Source: Eledone cirrhosa (lineage: Eukaryota). Taken from it: 64,000 nt of DNA. The DNA lies in the NCBI GenBank assembly GCA_964016885.1, contig OZ024740.1:42532001-42596000 (forward strand), in the 5' to 3' direction. The notes under the pieces are model-generated. The model searched no databases, was not told the origin of the DNA, and was given only the letters and a program-made list of their open reading frames with translations. The position numbers and the translations under genes were made by a program. Positions 11,890 to 27,150 of this stretch are shown piece after piece; within the stretch, counting starts at the first letter, position 1; the number at the start of each line of letters is the position of its first letter.

Positions 11890-13983
11890 TGGCGAAGATA
11901 CCGTGATGACGGTCTTTTGTACCATGACTAAGTGCGGCCACGTGCTTGACAGACTAGTTCAGCAACGAACTCACAGCCTTCTTTAAAGGCTTCAACCTGT
12001 CCATACGGGTTGAGGGCAACCTCTCGGTCGTTAATTACCTCGACGTTACCCTCAATTTCTAGAATGGCTTTCACTACCCGTATTGAAAGCCGAATGATAC
12101 GCTTAATAACATAAGTAAGTATTCTAACCATCCTGCCAGCATAACCAATAACCTGGTAAGAAACGTTTCTTTGAGGCTTTCCCGTCTATCTACAAACAAG
12201 CATATTTTTAACGACCATTCCACAAATTACAATGAAGCTCTTGCTCGGAGTTGATTTGTCGATAAGGTAGCTTATACAGAGTACGAAAATAGACCTAGGA
12301 AAAATAGATCCCAACGCATTATATGGTATAACCCACCATATATTATGGAGGTGGCCACACCATTAGCTAAGATCTCTCCCTTATTATGAAGCATTTCCCC
12401 CCAGCACATAAATATAGTAACATTTTTAATAGAAATACCATTAACGTTTCTTACTCTACGACTCCTAACCTGGCACATAACACCCGAGCTTCAAATTTAG
12501 CTAAATTTCGTAGCCGTAGGAACACGTTCAACCCTGTAATTAGTACTAACTGTAATTGTAGGAATCGGGTTGACTGCCCCCTATCCGGGAAATGCCTCTC
12601 TAGTAACATTGTCTACAAATGTATGGTTGAAACACCCACGTCCCGTAAGGCCTACATAGGGTTAACCGCCAATAGATTCAAGCAGCGTCTTTACATGCAT
12701 ACACATTCTTTTCTTAACCCTTTAAGAAGGAATATGACGTCACTTTCAGCTTATATCTGGAGTCTAAAAGACAACCACACCCAATATAAGTTACACTGGG
12801 AGATCCTAGCTGAGGCTAGATCGTATAACGGAAATAAAAGACCATGTGACCTCTGCGCCGCAGAGGCCCTGGAAATACTCTACGCCAAAGATCACATCTC
12901 AAACAAAACATGTGAGGCATTTTCAGCGTTTAAACATAAATTGCACAAAACCTTCCTGTATTACAGCCCCACATTATGCCCTAACGGATAGTACGAACTA
13001 TACGCGGATATTCTACGTCTTGATGTGGTAGCTAAGTATATGTTATGTTTATACCATTACTTATTTGTATAGGTAATTATATATTACCTGCATGTTTTGT
13101 GAAGGTACGTATACTTTCTCGTACTTATATGTGCTTGTATATGTTATGGCGTATATATTATATATACTGATACATTAGCATATCGATATCTGTATACGTG
13201 AGTTTTGCGTCTGTGTCAGTATGCGGGTTCGTACGTATGTAGGGTGTGTATATAGGTGTACTTTGTGTTTCGGTTGACGTGCGTCTGCATACATATGTGT
13301 ATCTACAGGTGGTATGTGTATGAGCGCGTTTATACGTATTTATGTGTGTATATTTATATACGTTTATATAATTATATGTATACACGCACACTCACACACA
13401 CATACATATATATATATTTTTATATATATTTTTATGTGTATTTGGTGTATACGTTCGTATGTGTGCGAGTACAGGCGTTGCTTGGGTTCTGTATGTGCGT
13501 GCGTGTGTTTTTTGTGTACGTGTTTGTGTTGGCATACGCATTGCGGGTGTTTTCGCGTATGCTTGTGTATGTACGTATATGGATGCGTGCATGTATATAT
13601 TTAATTTCAATTACCTCTGTAATTTATTTTCTTTATTCATAACTCCGAAGCCGAGAATCATTCGGCTTCCTAATAGAATTGTGTCTACATCTTCAGTTAT
13701 ACCATATACGTGGTTTTGTCTTTGCGTGTAATTGTTCCCAGCGATCCACATAATGCCGTATTATCTTCGTTTTTTACGTTCATTGCCAGAGAACGTCTCC
13801 ACGAACCACCTAATAGAATATTAGTCTACGACTTCTTTTATGCCATAAACGTATATCGTCTTCCTGTCTTCCGTCGGTTGCAACGTTTTTTGAAATATTT
13901 ACTTCTGTGTTCACAGATTGATTTTTTTAGTCTCAGAAGATCCCGTTAAGGGTGAAAGCAGCGATTCTTTGCTTAAACTTTAA

Positions 13984-13990
<7 letters not shown>
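11890..13990 (+). mobile_element. Naiad-type PLE, 5'-truncated at YRDD, with open GIY-YIG segment (12386-12991) and TA/TG-rich 3' tail
   Basis: YRDDGL; VVNYLDVTL; IWYNPPY; CNCRNRVDCPLSGKC; IVYKCMVE...AYIGLTANRFKQRLYMH; CDLCAAE. Confidence 0.92.
13929..13979 (+). ncRNA. Hammerhead ribozyme, U4A core variant (CAGAAGA)
   Basis: agtct CAGAAGA tccc gttaa gggt GAAA gca...tgc TT aaact. Second copy at 37167-37212. Confidence 0.6.
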
Positions 13991-14027
<37 letters not shown>

Positions 14028-14069
14028 ATTAAATAAATGGAAACTATATTTATTTATAAAACCATATTT

Positions 14070-14133
14070 ATTTCATTATATATATTTCGGGGATATCATA
14101 TTAACAATATGCTATGCCTTCCTCAGACAAAAT
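14070..14133 (-). ncRNA. Type I hammerhead ribozyme in a solo pseudo-LTR (~14023-14322) between (TA)n arrays
   Basis: Reverse strand: ATTTTGT CTGAGGA agg...ccc GAAA tatata TA ATGAAAT. Confidence 0.78.
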
Positions 14134-14319
14134 ACAATATAAACAGTTTTATAGATAAATAGATTCGACATACCGTTATAACACCGACTTGCATTTGAAG
14201 AGGTTAAGCTGGCAGTCATTTATTTAATATTGTAAATATACTCCAAATATTTGTCGAGTGCTTTTATATCAGTTATAAATATTTACTAGTTGTAACCCAA
14301 CAATTTTAAATATAACTTT

Positions 14320-14359
<40 letters not shown>

Positions 14360-14362
<3 letters not shown>

Positions 14363-14631
14363 TGTAATAAACAACATAAGGCAATTATTTCATTTACCAG
14401 TGGTTTCTTGAAAGCAAATACATTTTGCTTTCAATCATCAGAATGAAAACATCCTGGTATATTTATTGACATTTGATTTTAAAAACAAAAATATAATCTA
14501 TATGAAAGTGAGGCTGGAAAAGGAAGAAGGAAAGGTAAAATAAAGACACATGCACACACACACACACACACAATTACATACACACACATATATACATACA
14601 TATATATATATATATATATACATACATATAC

Positions 14632-14717
<86 letters not shown>

Positions 14718-14835
14718 CATACACATATACATACACGTACAAATACACATACATATACATAACATACATACACACATATATATAAACATATCCATACATA
14801 CATATACATACACATACACAAACACACAGTCACAA

Positions 14836-14924
<89 letters not shown>

Positions 14925-15278
14925 CACACAATCATACACATATACACACGTACATACACACACATACATGCACACATATATACACTATATACACGCATAC
15001 ATACGCATACACAAATATAAATATATGTATACACATCTACATACGCACACACATAAATAATTATAAGAAAAAATATAATAATAAAAATACCGTCATATAA
15101 GCATAAAAATAAATGTAAAAATTATTATAAAGTTGACAGCGATACAGGCAACAAATAAATGAACAAACACGGGTGGTAAGCAATACACACAATTGCACAT
15201 ACATACATAAAAATAAATACATACACACACACACACATACACATACATATACACATACATACACATACACATATACAT

Positions 15279-15340
<62 letters not shown>

Positions 15341-15420
15341 ATATACATACATATACACACACACATACATACAAATAAATACACACACATAAATACATAC
15401 ACACATAAATACATACACAC
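14360..15420 (-). mobile_element. Microsatellite-rich pseudo-LTR/3' tail repeat, inverted copy
   Basis: Reverse complement of about 10050-10978 and 18230-18970; abuts the 5' end of the PLE at 15425. Confidence 0.8.
14388..14448 (-). ncRNA. Intact type I hammerhead ribozyme
   Basis: Reverse strand: TTTCATT CTGATGA ttgaaagcaaa...tttgctttcaa GAAA ccactgg TA AATGAAA. Canonical core, 7-bp stem I, 11-bp stem II. Confidence 0.88.
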
Positions 15421-15424
15421 ACAT

Positions 15425-16010
15425 CAAAGAGGAATTTCCTACCCATAATATTGCTTTATACCGTGACGACGGATTGGCAGTTTCTCATACCACCAACGGC
15501 CCTAACCTTGTTAAATTCCATAATGATTTAATCAATCCTTTTGCTAATTTTAACCTTAAAATTACTATAGACACGAACCTTACCAATGCTAACTTTCTTG
15601 ACATTAATATTGATCTACTTACCGCCTCTTTTAAACCTTATCATAAACCTAACAAAAATCTCAGATATATACACAAAGAGTCTTGCCATCTCCCTATAGT
15701 TTTTAAAAATCTTATTCCCAACATTAGCCGTAGGATTTCTACCTTATCTTCGTCTCTAGACATTTTTAATAAAGCCCTTAATAACAGCGGATTTACAGAA
15801 CACGTTAATTATTTACCTACTCCTCCCCATAAAACTAACCACAATAATAGGAAAAGGAAAATTATTTGGTTTACACCCCCTTCTCTCTAACTGTCAAAAC
15901 TAATGTAGGAAGGAAATTCCTTGACCTCTTAGACAAACATTTTCCTCCTAATCATAGATATTATAAGATATTTAATAGAAATGTAGTTAAAATCAGTTAC
16001 TCTTGCCTTA
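15425..16010 (+). mobile_element. Naiad-type PLE fragment (YRDD to linker)
   Basis: LYRDDGLAV; ANFLDINIDL...FKPYHKPN; RKRKIIWF; [24 protein letters not shown]. The 3' part is near-identical to the reverse complement of 8510-8702. Confidence 0.9.
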
Positions 16011-16051
16011 AATTATCCTCTTTGCAGATTTCTCTTTCTGATTTACTTTCA

Positions 16052-16200
16052 TTTTTAACTTTATTTTTAATTTTATTTTTAATTTTATTTTTAATTTTAT
16101 TTTTAATTTTATTTTTAATTTTATTTTTAATTTTATTTTTATTTTTAATTTTATTTTTAATTTTATTTTTAATTTTATTTTTAATTTTATTTTAATTTTT
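16052..16200. repeat. 12-bp minisatellite (TTTTAATTTTAT)n
   Basis: Seen directly; explains the (LILF)n ORF tail. Confidence 0.9.
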
Positions 16201-17342
16201 ACTTCACATCCACCAGTAACCCCCCCCCCCTTTTAGATTCAGTTACCTAATATCTTCACATTCTACATTTTACTTCCCCATTTTCTTCCACTACCTGATA
16301 CCACTTGTCACTTGCGTTTTCCACGCCAGATATATTCTGTTGTTTCGCAGCCGATTTTATATTTGTACTCATTTATTCATATGGCTGATTTATAATCTGT
16401 ATCTATGTGTCTGAGTGTGCTTATGTGAGTATACGTTCTGTATATGTATACGAACGCCTCCTTATGTGTGCGTGCGTACGTATATATATATGTGTATGTG
16501 TGTTTTTATATCTATGGTTTTTATATCTATGTTTTTTACATTCTTAATTTTACGTGTGTGTGTATGCGGGTGAATGTATGTGTATGTGTATGTATATGTG
16601 TATATATGTATATATATGTATGGGTGTGTATGTATATGCGTATATATATATATAGTCGCGTACGTGCGTGTAATTAGATATACATGGGGCGATATATATA
16701 TATATACGTGCCTCGTGTGTATGTATGTACGCATGCATACGCTTTTGTCTCTACGTATTTGTGTGTATAAATATTTTTATATATATATATATGTGTATGT
16801 TTGTTCGTACCTATGTTTGTTTTCTTTTCTCTAGTGTTAATTGATTACTTCCTCTTTGATTTAAACATTTTTCATACTCATATATTGTTTCATGTTTATA
16901 CATATATCGAGAATGACACTTCCTTTTACTATTATATTCCCTTTCCTCTTTATCTTCGGCATATAAGTGACCGCGCGTGTATGTGTGTTTATATGCGTGC
17001 TTTCATACTCGTATGTGTATTTAATACCTGTATCTTGATGCGTGTCAACTATATTTTCATACATTTTCTTTTTCAACTCATATTATATACGTATTTGTGG
17101 TCACATATACACAAATATACATGCCCTCATATATGTACTTACGCACACATTTTCACCATACACATGCATTTGTACATACACACATATGTACATTTGTGAG
17201 TGTATTTACATAAATATACCCTAACTATATTTCTTTATATATTTTTTTAATATATTTTTTTTATATATCTTTTTCATTACTTTTATTTATATATTTTTTG
17301 CATTTCTTAGAGGAGACTTTCCAAATATTTCACTATGTTTTA

Positions 17343-17420
17343 AATTGCCTTGTCCGACGAACGAATGAAGACGTTTTTCGTATTCGTCTATTTCGGGAAA
17401 CCTCTGGTAATGAGGTAATT
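17343..17420 (+). ncRNA. Type I hammerhead ribozyme, U4C core variant (CCGACGA)
   Basis: AATTGCCTTGT CCGACGA ...GAAA cctctgg TA ATGAGGTAATT. 11-bp stem I with GU pairs; downstream sequence is a diverged relative of 18922-19005. Confidence 0.7.
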
Positions 17421-17521
17421 ATATTGTATTGTTTATTATACATTAAATTTTGCTCTGGTACTTACATAGAGCACTCTTCACTCCTATGACTTTTTCAATT
17501 TTCAAAGGAAACTTCAATACT

Positions 17522-17553
<32 letters not shown>

Positions 17554-17559
17554 GGGGGG

Positions 17560-19035
<1,476 letters not shown>

Positions 19036-19044
19036 TATATATAT

Positions 19045-19446
19045 ATATATAAAAGCAAGTCGGTCTGTGTGTGTGTCTGTCTGTGTACAAATACTAGGCA
19101 CCTTTTAACTTTTGAAGTACTAGGCCGATTTCAACCAAATTTGGCACACATGTTGCTTATATGTCAGAGCAAGTTTTGGACAAATACAAATTTGAAAACA
19201 AATTCGATATTAGGGCTGAAAAATAGATTTTGTGTGTGTATCTGTCTGTGTACAAATACTAGGTTCCTTTTAACTTTTGAAGTACTAGTCCGATTTGGCA
19301 CCTGCTATTGAGGCGACCTCTCATTGGCTAGCCAATTAGCTGACATAAGCTGACATGCACTCAGAAATTGCTAGCTAAGCCATAAACGACCTTGAACAAT
19401 TCAGGCTGTCATTCATTTCCCGAGTAACGCCGGGTACATCTGCTAG
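19045..19446 (+). mobile_element. Non-autonomous Helitron-like element
   Basis: 5' TATATAAAAG...GTCTGTCTGT; 3' hairpin CCCG AGTAACGC CGGG then TACATCTG-CTAG|T. Internal duplication. Confidence 0.7.
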
Positions 19447-19980
19447 TATATATATAAATAAAGGAGTAAAGAATAACACGGATCAACCATAATGTTTCAT
19501 TGGTCCGGTGAGTCTAAAAATTGCTATCTGTAGTGCTACCATGACAATCGATTTTAAGTACAGTTACCACCAGCCAAAAAGTCAAAATACTAGTTCGGTA
19601 CTGTTGGTACAATGCATTTATACAGGTAATAACATGAAATGAACAAGCCGACCTCCTCTGCATTCTTTCGTGGATTTTCCCTATTTATACTGTCTCTTTG
19701 TCACTGTTCATTCAGTTTTATTGGATGGTACTGTGAGTATACAGGTGAAACTCCATATTAACAAGATTCGTCGATTAGCCATAACCCCCCCCCCCCATAC
19801 ACATATATAAAATGTAGGAGGTGAGTAATATTGTAGAACAATAAAACTATGCATATATCAGATAAGTAGCACTCGACAGTTGGTAGAACTGGAGTATATA
19901 TAAAGAATATATATATAAACATATGTGGGGTGGACACTTTCTTGTTCACAAGTGTTTTTAGGCCTCATATCATGTTACCT

Positions 19981-20050
19981 TATTTTATCTGATGAGAACT
20001 CAATTTTTATCCCAGGATGATGTTGTTTTCGAAATGCGCATAATAAAATA
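19981..20050 (+). ncRNA. Intact type I hammerhead ribozyme
   Basis: TATTTTAT CTGATGA gaa...ttc GAAA tgcgca TA ATAAAATA. Perfect 8-bp stem I; palindromic stem III. Confidence 0.88.
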
Positions 20051-20098
20051 TATGGAACTATTTGAACCATCTTTTAATTTCTTCTTTATATATATATA

Positions 20099-20164
<66 letters not shown>

Positions 20165-20171
<7 letters not shown>

Positions 20172-21022
20172 AAGTTTGTCTTCATCAGTGGCCTTCCAAC
20201 CGTCGTAGGCATTTCGTCGCATTAAAGGCCATATACCTGAGGTTGGTGCGAGCAACGGCTAAAAAAAATCGTTGGGACACGTAAATAAAGGGGACGCTAG
20301 GGTGAACAGACAAAATGGTTTAAGCAGCAGAAAGTGATGAAGAAGAAACAAGTCCCAGATTTCTATGAATATAAATTCGGTGGAATCGTGAATGAGAGAA
20401 TAAAGACCATCAAACCTGGTTGAAATGTGAGCAAGGAAGGAATTTCGCACAGGTCTAACAGGAGGAAGAAGGGGTCTGGTATGCGAATTCGGTAAAGATA
20501 AGTTCTGTGAAGTCGCAGACGAGAGAGAGAGAGAGAAAAAATTCATACCGGCTTGGCCAAGTGCCCGCGAGAAAAGGATTACGGACAGGTCAAACGGGAA
20601 GAAAGGGGAGGTGGAGAGGTAGTAACAGAGAGTGAGTGAGTGAAAGGTGAGGAAGAGGCTAACAGAGAGAGAGAGAGAGACTGCTAGAAAGGGTAAAGAC
20701 ACAAAGAACTAAACAGACTGGTGGCAGCGGAGGAAAAAATAAATGTGTAAATATGATAATAATGGAGCTGCGGCGCTGCAAATGGGTTACATATGAAAAG
20801 TTTGTCCTCATCAGTGGCCTTTCTGCTGCTTAAACCATTTTGTCTGTTTACCCTAGCGTCCCCTTTATTTACGTGTCCCAACGACTTTTTTTAGCCGTTG
20901 CTCGCACCAACCTGAGGTATATGGCCTTTAATGCGACGAAATGCCTACGACGGTTGGAAGGCCACTGATGAGGACAAACATTTTCATATGTAACCCATTT
21001 GCAGCGCCGCAGCTCCATTATT

Positions 21023-21027
<5 letters not shown>
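20165..21027. repeat. Non-coding element with nested inverted repeats, bounded by (TA)n
   Basis: 20165-20334 is inverted at 20819-20989; 20752-20821 is inverted at 20958-21027. Confidence 0.85.
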
Positions 21028-21058
<31 letters not shown>

Positions 21059-21125
21059 AATTAAAATTTTAAAAACAAAAATAATGCGTTATGGAGAATG
21101 TTAAATTGTCAAGTTAACAAAAGAA

Positions 21126-22080
21126 TCTTACCAAATATTTTCCGATTTAAAATCCCATTATCAAGGGAGTAACCCTATCAGAGACTTAAATCTCGATCGG
21201 ATTGACTTTTTTTTTTGAAGCAGATTTAAGTTAAATGAAATGAAAAGACGTTAAAATTTCGAACGTGCGCGTTGTGAAATGTATGATATATGCATGTGGG
21301 CGCGTGAATGTTTGTATGCGCGTGCATGAATACAAGTTTATATACTGAAAGATGTGTGCGAATATGTATAGAATAAAACGGGGAAAATGTTTGCGATTAT
21401 ATGTATGTGTGTGTGTGTGTGAGTCTAAGTGTGTTTGCCTAGTGAAGACATAGATATAATTTGAAAGAAAGAATGAAACTGGCCGTTGCGATGTTGGAAT
21501 ACAGTCTTTTAAATTAGCCGTTCTGGTGCACTTCTTTCCATTCGATTATTGATCCTAGGTTCTAATTGCTTGATTAAGAAGATTTCGGTGGTAATGTTGT
21601 CCCGGTTTCCACATTTGATGATGTGTTTGCGGAAGGAAGAGGAGTTGGTGTTAACATTCTCTTTAATACAGAGATGTATCGGTCGAATAGTCCTGCCTAT
21701 GTAAAATAGATTGCACTTGTTACATTCTAGCCTGTATACTACGCATGTACATAGGCAACAATTAGTGTTGCAGATGGGGAAATCGGGGACGGTGCATCCG
21801 TTATCCTCGTTGGGGCGTTGTTCTGTGGAGATGCATCTTCGCAGGGAAGGTCCAGAGTGAGGTAGTTTGATATTGAGGCCCTCTCTTCTGATGGTTTTGC
21901 GTATGGCGGTGGTGGTTTCCTCGCTGAGATGTGGGATCTTGAAGAAGCAACTGTTGTTTGTGTTGGTCCGGTCTCTGGGTCTGGGGTTTGGTCATGGGGT
22001 GGAGAAAGAAGCTGGGTAGCCGTTAATCTCTTGCAATTTAACATTTTCCATAATTTCCTATTCAACAATGCTTCAAGCAA
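21126..22080 (-). mobile_element. PLE 3' fragment of a non-Naiad clade (CxxC inside GIY-YIG), with degenerate U3-A8 hammerhead at 21126-21170
   Basis: Reverse strand reads VVYRLECNKCNLFYIGRTIRPI...IKQLEPRINNR; then ccc TTGATAA...GAAA atat TT gg. Confidence 0.78.
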
Positions 22081-22085
22081 GCTAC

Positions 22086-22304
<219 letters not shown>

Positions 22305-22316
22305 ATGTATATATAT

Positions 22317-22917
22317 GTCAAGTCACCAGTTGGTGCTACTGGTAACATGTATCCCAGTACAACCTGTCTCATGGTCGGGTCGTTGGTGACTAAACTGGCA
22401 ACCCCACCAAGGTTTCTTGGTGAGGAGGGTGACTTTGAACATCCTGCAGGACTAAAAACAAAACCTGTCAAAGGAGCTCTTAAGAGTCAATGGCCATCCA
22501 AAATCACCGGGAGAGATGACCCCTTAGCCTTTGTCAAGGCAGAATTCTAGGAGAAGGAAAACTCTGATATAACACCTGCAACCCTGATGGTATCCAATGA
22601 TGTTGACTTGTTCTTCTTTTTGGTAAATATTATCTTGGTTAAGAGAGTGGGACTGGCTTTGTGCAGTGCCTTTGCTCACTATAAAAGCTTCACAGCACAG
22701 GCATTGCTTTATATCTGGAGATCTCTCTGCACTTGTCATTACATGGTACCATGGGCCCAGAACTATGTGTCAATAATTGTCACAAGTGTAGTGTTTGTAC
22801 CAGAATTTTCAAGTCGCTGGCTGGACTAAAAAGTCAAACTCGTTCAGCGCATCGGTATGGGTTCTCCTACATGGACATAATGTAGTGGCCGTACTCGAAA
22901 ACGAGTTGGCAGCCACC

Positions 22918-22920
<3 letters not shown>
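22317..22920 (+). mobile_element. ~600-bp non-coding interspersed repeat inserted in (TA)n; resembles an RTE-type LINE 5' UTR derivative
   Basis: Second copy at 904-1316. CTAGGAGAAGGAAAACTCTGA recalled as similar to RTE-clade 5' regions; not verified. Confidence 0.5.
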
Positions 22921-22979
<59 letters not shown>

Positions 22980-23084
22980 AATTAAAAAGAACAGAAAGAT
23001 GCAGTAAAAGAGATTTATTCGGTTCTTACGTACGTTTCAATAGACATCAATTTGCCTAGATCTCGCTACGTCTATAATATTATA

Positions 23085-23193
<109 letters not shown>

Positions 23194-24261
23194 CCATACA
23201 CAAACACACACATATATATATATACATTCATATATATACATGCATAAATACATGCATACACACACACACATATGTGTGAATGTGTCTATATGTGTTTATT
23301 GAAAATATATAATTTAATCGGTTTCATTTAACCGGTATTTTAAGCAATAAATATTCACATTGAACAATATATCTGAAGAATCCAACAATATTCTCTGATA
23401 GATGGAGTTCTTAATTATTTGAGACACATATAACCTTATCTGAATTATATTCCCCCCCGCATCTTTAGATAAAATAAATGGTTTACCTGGATAAATATAT
23501 TGTTTATCGCAGTTTTATTTCTTCTTTAGAACACTATAGATCAATATAAAAATAAACAAAAACAATGAAGTTTAAAAAAGAAATTTCCGTATAAAATCCT
23601 TTGATGGAAATGTTGCAAATATTACAAGAAAAATCTAAGGGAGTAAAGAATTTGTTGCAACTTAATATTATTTAACACCAAATTAAAGTGATACTACTTT
23701 CTATAGTTATGTATGAATAATTAGCGAGTTCTAAATATGACGCAGATGCACTAGTGTTGCTTTCAAATATCCAAAATAATTCGCATTGTATTTGCCCTCA
23801 CAACGTATTTTGACAGTATCAATTATTTGGCTTTTTCTGCAGCTATCAGAGTTGATTTATTCCACGTAATATTTTAAAAATTCCGTTTCACTTTTATTCA
23901 ACAATTTTTCATTTTAGGATGAGAAAACAAGAAAATAACGAGAATATTATTTTGTTTTGTCAATTTCCCGTTTTTATAGTGAAATATATTTACAAAAATA
24001 ACTTCCTGTCAGATCACTTCATATTATTATGGTGGTAGATTTCCAGTATTGTTAAGGAGTTGGAAAATATGTTTGTAGCATTTGTTCCAGCTCTTTACTT
24101 TCTTCTTTAAAACCCCTTTGAGGGCAAATTTAATCTTCGTCCTGTCAACATCAAGTAAAGTCCTAATCATATAATGGGGTATTACCGACGTCGACGGTAC
24201 CCTTCCCTCCAAATTTGGGGCCTTGTACTAATATAAGACATCAATATTATTGTGAAGCACT

Positions 24262-24450
24262 GTGGATTGGCAGTATCGGTAGAGAGTCGGAAAGCATGCT
24301 TTGAAGTATAGAGTTACGGCCCTTTATGATCTGAGTTCAAATACCGCCGAAGTTAACTTTGCCTTTCATCCTTACGGGGTTGATAAAATAAAGTACCAGT
24401 AATGCACTGTGTAATTGCTGGCCTTGTGCCAAAAGTAGAAACAATTATTA
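24262..24450 (+). mobile_element. tRNA-derived SINE
   Basis: A-box TGGCAGTATCGG, B-box GAGTTCAAAT, core TTTGCCTTTCATCCTTACGGGG, tail GCTGGCCTTGTGCCAAAAGTAGAAAC(ATT)n. TGAAGCACTG repeated on both sides (TSD-like). Confidence 0.85.
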
Positions 24451-25619
24451 TGAAGCACTGTTTTAAAGGAACACTAAGGTAATGATCAAGTGTTCTCAGT
24501 GCCCTGAAAAAAATGTTTTCCAATAATCTATATAAGTTTACAAACTGCAGTTCTAATTATTCTTTTATTACTTTATATTATTGTAAATGTCATGAATGTA
24601 TTGTGCCGCCAATTTCAAATTCTATTAAGAAAATACAATCCAATGAATTTCCTTTGCGTTATACAGACACAAGAAAAGAGTCTGTGCCCGTTCGAATATT
24701 CATTACACGTAGTTACGTCAGATGTATTGTTTATTTTCTTCAATTTCTATTGTAATAGAAACAAGTAACTAAATAAACCTATGGCTACGACATATAATTG
24801 AATGAATTACACAACAAATAGTACTTCGGATTGACACACTCGTTTAGCGAATCTAACAAACTCAAAGTCTCTTTGTCATTTCTTTGAAGCCAGCATCCAT
24901 ATCCAAAGGACAATGCTTTTTTGCATATTTATATCTCCAACCAAAGTTGCCACTAATATGAAGATTAGATGTTACTGAAGTAATTATTATATACCCTCAG
25001 TAAATCTCGTGCAGTGTTGCATCAGGATATCATTGAAACTTATCAATAACAAAAGAGCACACATCAATTACAGATATTCATTCTCCAGTTTGTCTTTTGT
25101 ATTGGGACATTAGCATGAACTCTTTTAGGAGAGATAAAATATTTGCCAAATAAATCATAATAATAAATTGCTGGCCTTGTGCCAAAAGTAGAAACAATTA
25201 TTATGAAGCACTGTTTTAAAGGAACACCATTAGTTTGAAACTGAAATATCATTGATGGGATAGATATAAGGATCAGGTGAACTGAATAGATACAATTTGA
25301 CATAGCAGGAACTCTTTTAAAGCTATTCTGTAGTATTTAACATAATGTTACTTGAAAGAAGAGCTCTTCTATTAGGTATAATGTTCTAATCAACTAATGC
25401 ATCATGCTGCTTTGCCGAATTATTGCTATTATCTCTTTTTCCACTATATAAATGTTGTATTGAAGTTTGCAATTCCAATTCTTGTGATTATTTAACCCAA
25501 AACTTGGCATTCTGTCTTCTCTCTAAAGAATCACTAAAATGAAAATTCAAAAGTAAAGAAACAAACCACCGACTGTTTCAACTATATTAGTAGAGTAAAT
25601 TAAAATTACCTAGTTATTA

Positions 25620-27150
25620 GATGCGTTTCATTAACCCCTTCATCAGGAGAAAAGTGGGTAGGAAGAGAGTTCCGAGGGTGTGTGGGGGAAAGAGCTTTAA
25701 AAAAGAGGGGGAGAGTAAAGGGAGGAAAAAACATTTTTTTAGAGAGTTAAGGAAATTTTTTAAAAATAAAATAAAAAATAAAAATAAACAAGTGGTGAAA
25801 GGGTGTGAGGTGTGTAGGGGAGGGGGTGAGGTGTGTAGGGGTGGATAGGGGAAAGGGAGGTGGGGGGATCGGGGAGGGCTGAATGTGGTGTTTGTGTATG
25901 TGTGTAGGTGTACGTGTGTGTGTGTGTATGTGAATGTGAGAGTTGAGGGAAGAACGAGGTTCCATGTTCAGGTGAAAAGGAAACCGGTGTGTACATGCGG
26001 TCGGGTGTAAGTCGGTGTGTGCGTGCTTGTGGATGGAGAGGGGTCGGAGGGGGTGGGGGAGAGGGGCGTGTGGAGTCCGGAGGCTGAGTGTGTGTATGTG
26101 GGGACACGCACGTGTGTGTTTGTGTTTATATGTGGTGTGGATGTAGGTGGCGTGGTTCGAAAATAATGTAAGTGTTTGTTCCTGTGTATGTTCCTAAGAT
26201 ATTTCCATGGAGTATGAGACAAGATGTTGGAGATTTCACGTGTCGTAGAATGGATAGCTGGAACGATTACTGGTGGTGTGAAATCCTGTTGTGGTAGTGC
26301 GGAAGTGGAGAGATGTGGCGTGCGCGCGCAACAGGAAGTGATCAGAGTGTCAAGGCAGGGTGAAGAGATAGCAGTAGAGGAGGATGATAGGTAAAGAAAG
26401 GGTTTGTATGTGGTGTGGACTGTGTCTGTGTGCGCGGATGTGCGGTGGACAATGGAGAGGATGGGTGGGTGTGAAAGGTGGAGGGAGAAGGTGGTGGTGT
26501 GGGGGGTGTATATTAGTGGAGGTATTAGTGGGATGTGTGTGTGAGGGGGTGTAGGTGGAGAGGGGAGAGAGAGGGAGAGAGAAAAGGTGCTGTGGACGGT
26601 GGAGTGAGTGTAGTGTACTGGTATGTGTGTGCGTGTTTGGATATGAGTGGGTGTTTGTGGTAGAGAGGGTGTTAGTATTACTGGTGGTGGGGAAGGGGTT
26701 GAATCCGGGTGTGTAAGTGGGGGTTAGTGGTGGTTGGGTGTGTGGAGTGGGTGATGTATCGGTGTGTACGTAGGTGTGTGTGGGTGTATGTATGATGGTG
26801 TGTGTTCGTGTGTGTGAGTGAGGGGGAAGGTGGGTTGGGGGATGTTAGTAATATTAGTTGTGGGGTGGTCATATGTGGATTGTGGGGTGGTCAGTTGTGG
26901 GGTAGGCCAAGGGGGTGGGGGCGGTGAAACTGAGGCGTGTGTTAGTGGTGGTAGTGGTGGATGTGGGGAGGGGGGGAAGAGGTTGGCAGTCGAATTCTAG
27001 AGGAATAGGGGTGGGGAGTTCAGGATGGGGTGTGTGTGGGTCTGTAGGGTGAAGATGGTGTGTTGCTCGACTGTAAGGCGGGTGACGGGTGTCCCGCCAC
27101 AGACTGTGAGGTGGTATACATTTATGTTTAGGTTGTGCCTTGAAATCAAT
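25620..27150 (-). mobile_element. Probable PLE 3' tail/pseudo-LTR (CA/CT-rich) ending in a degenerate hammerhead at 25620-25650
   Basis: Strongly strand-skewed block; reverse strand ctc CTGATGA aggggttaat GAAA cgcatc at its end. Confidence 0.45.

Noticed and set aside
20935-20990. GAAA...CTGATGA as a type II hammerhead
   Set aside because: Stems II and III do not pair and there is no valid NUH site.
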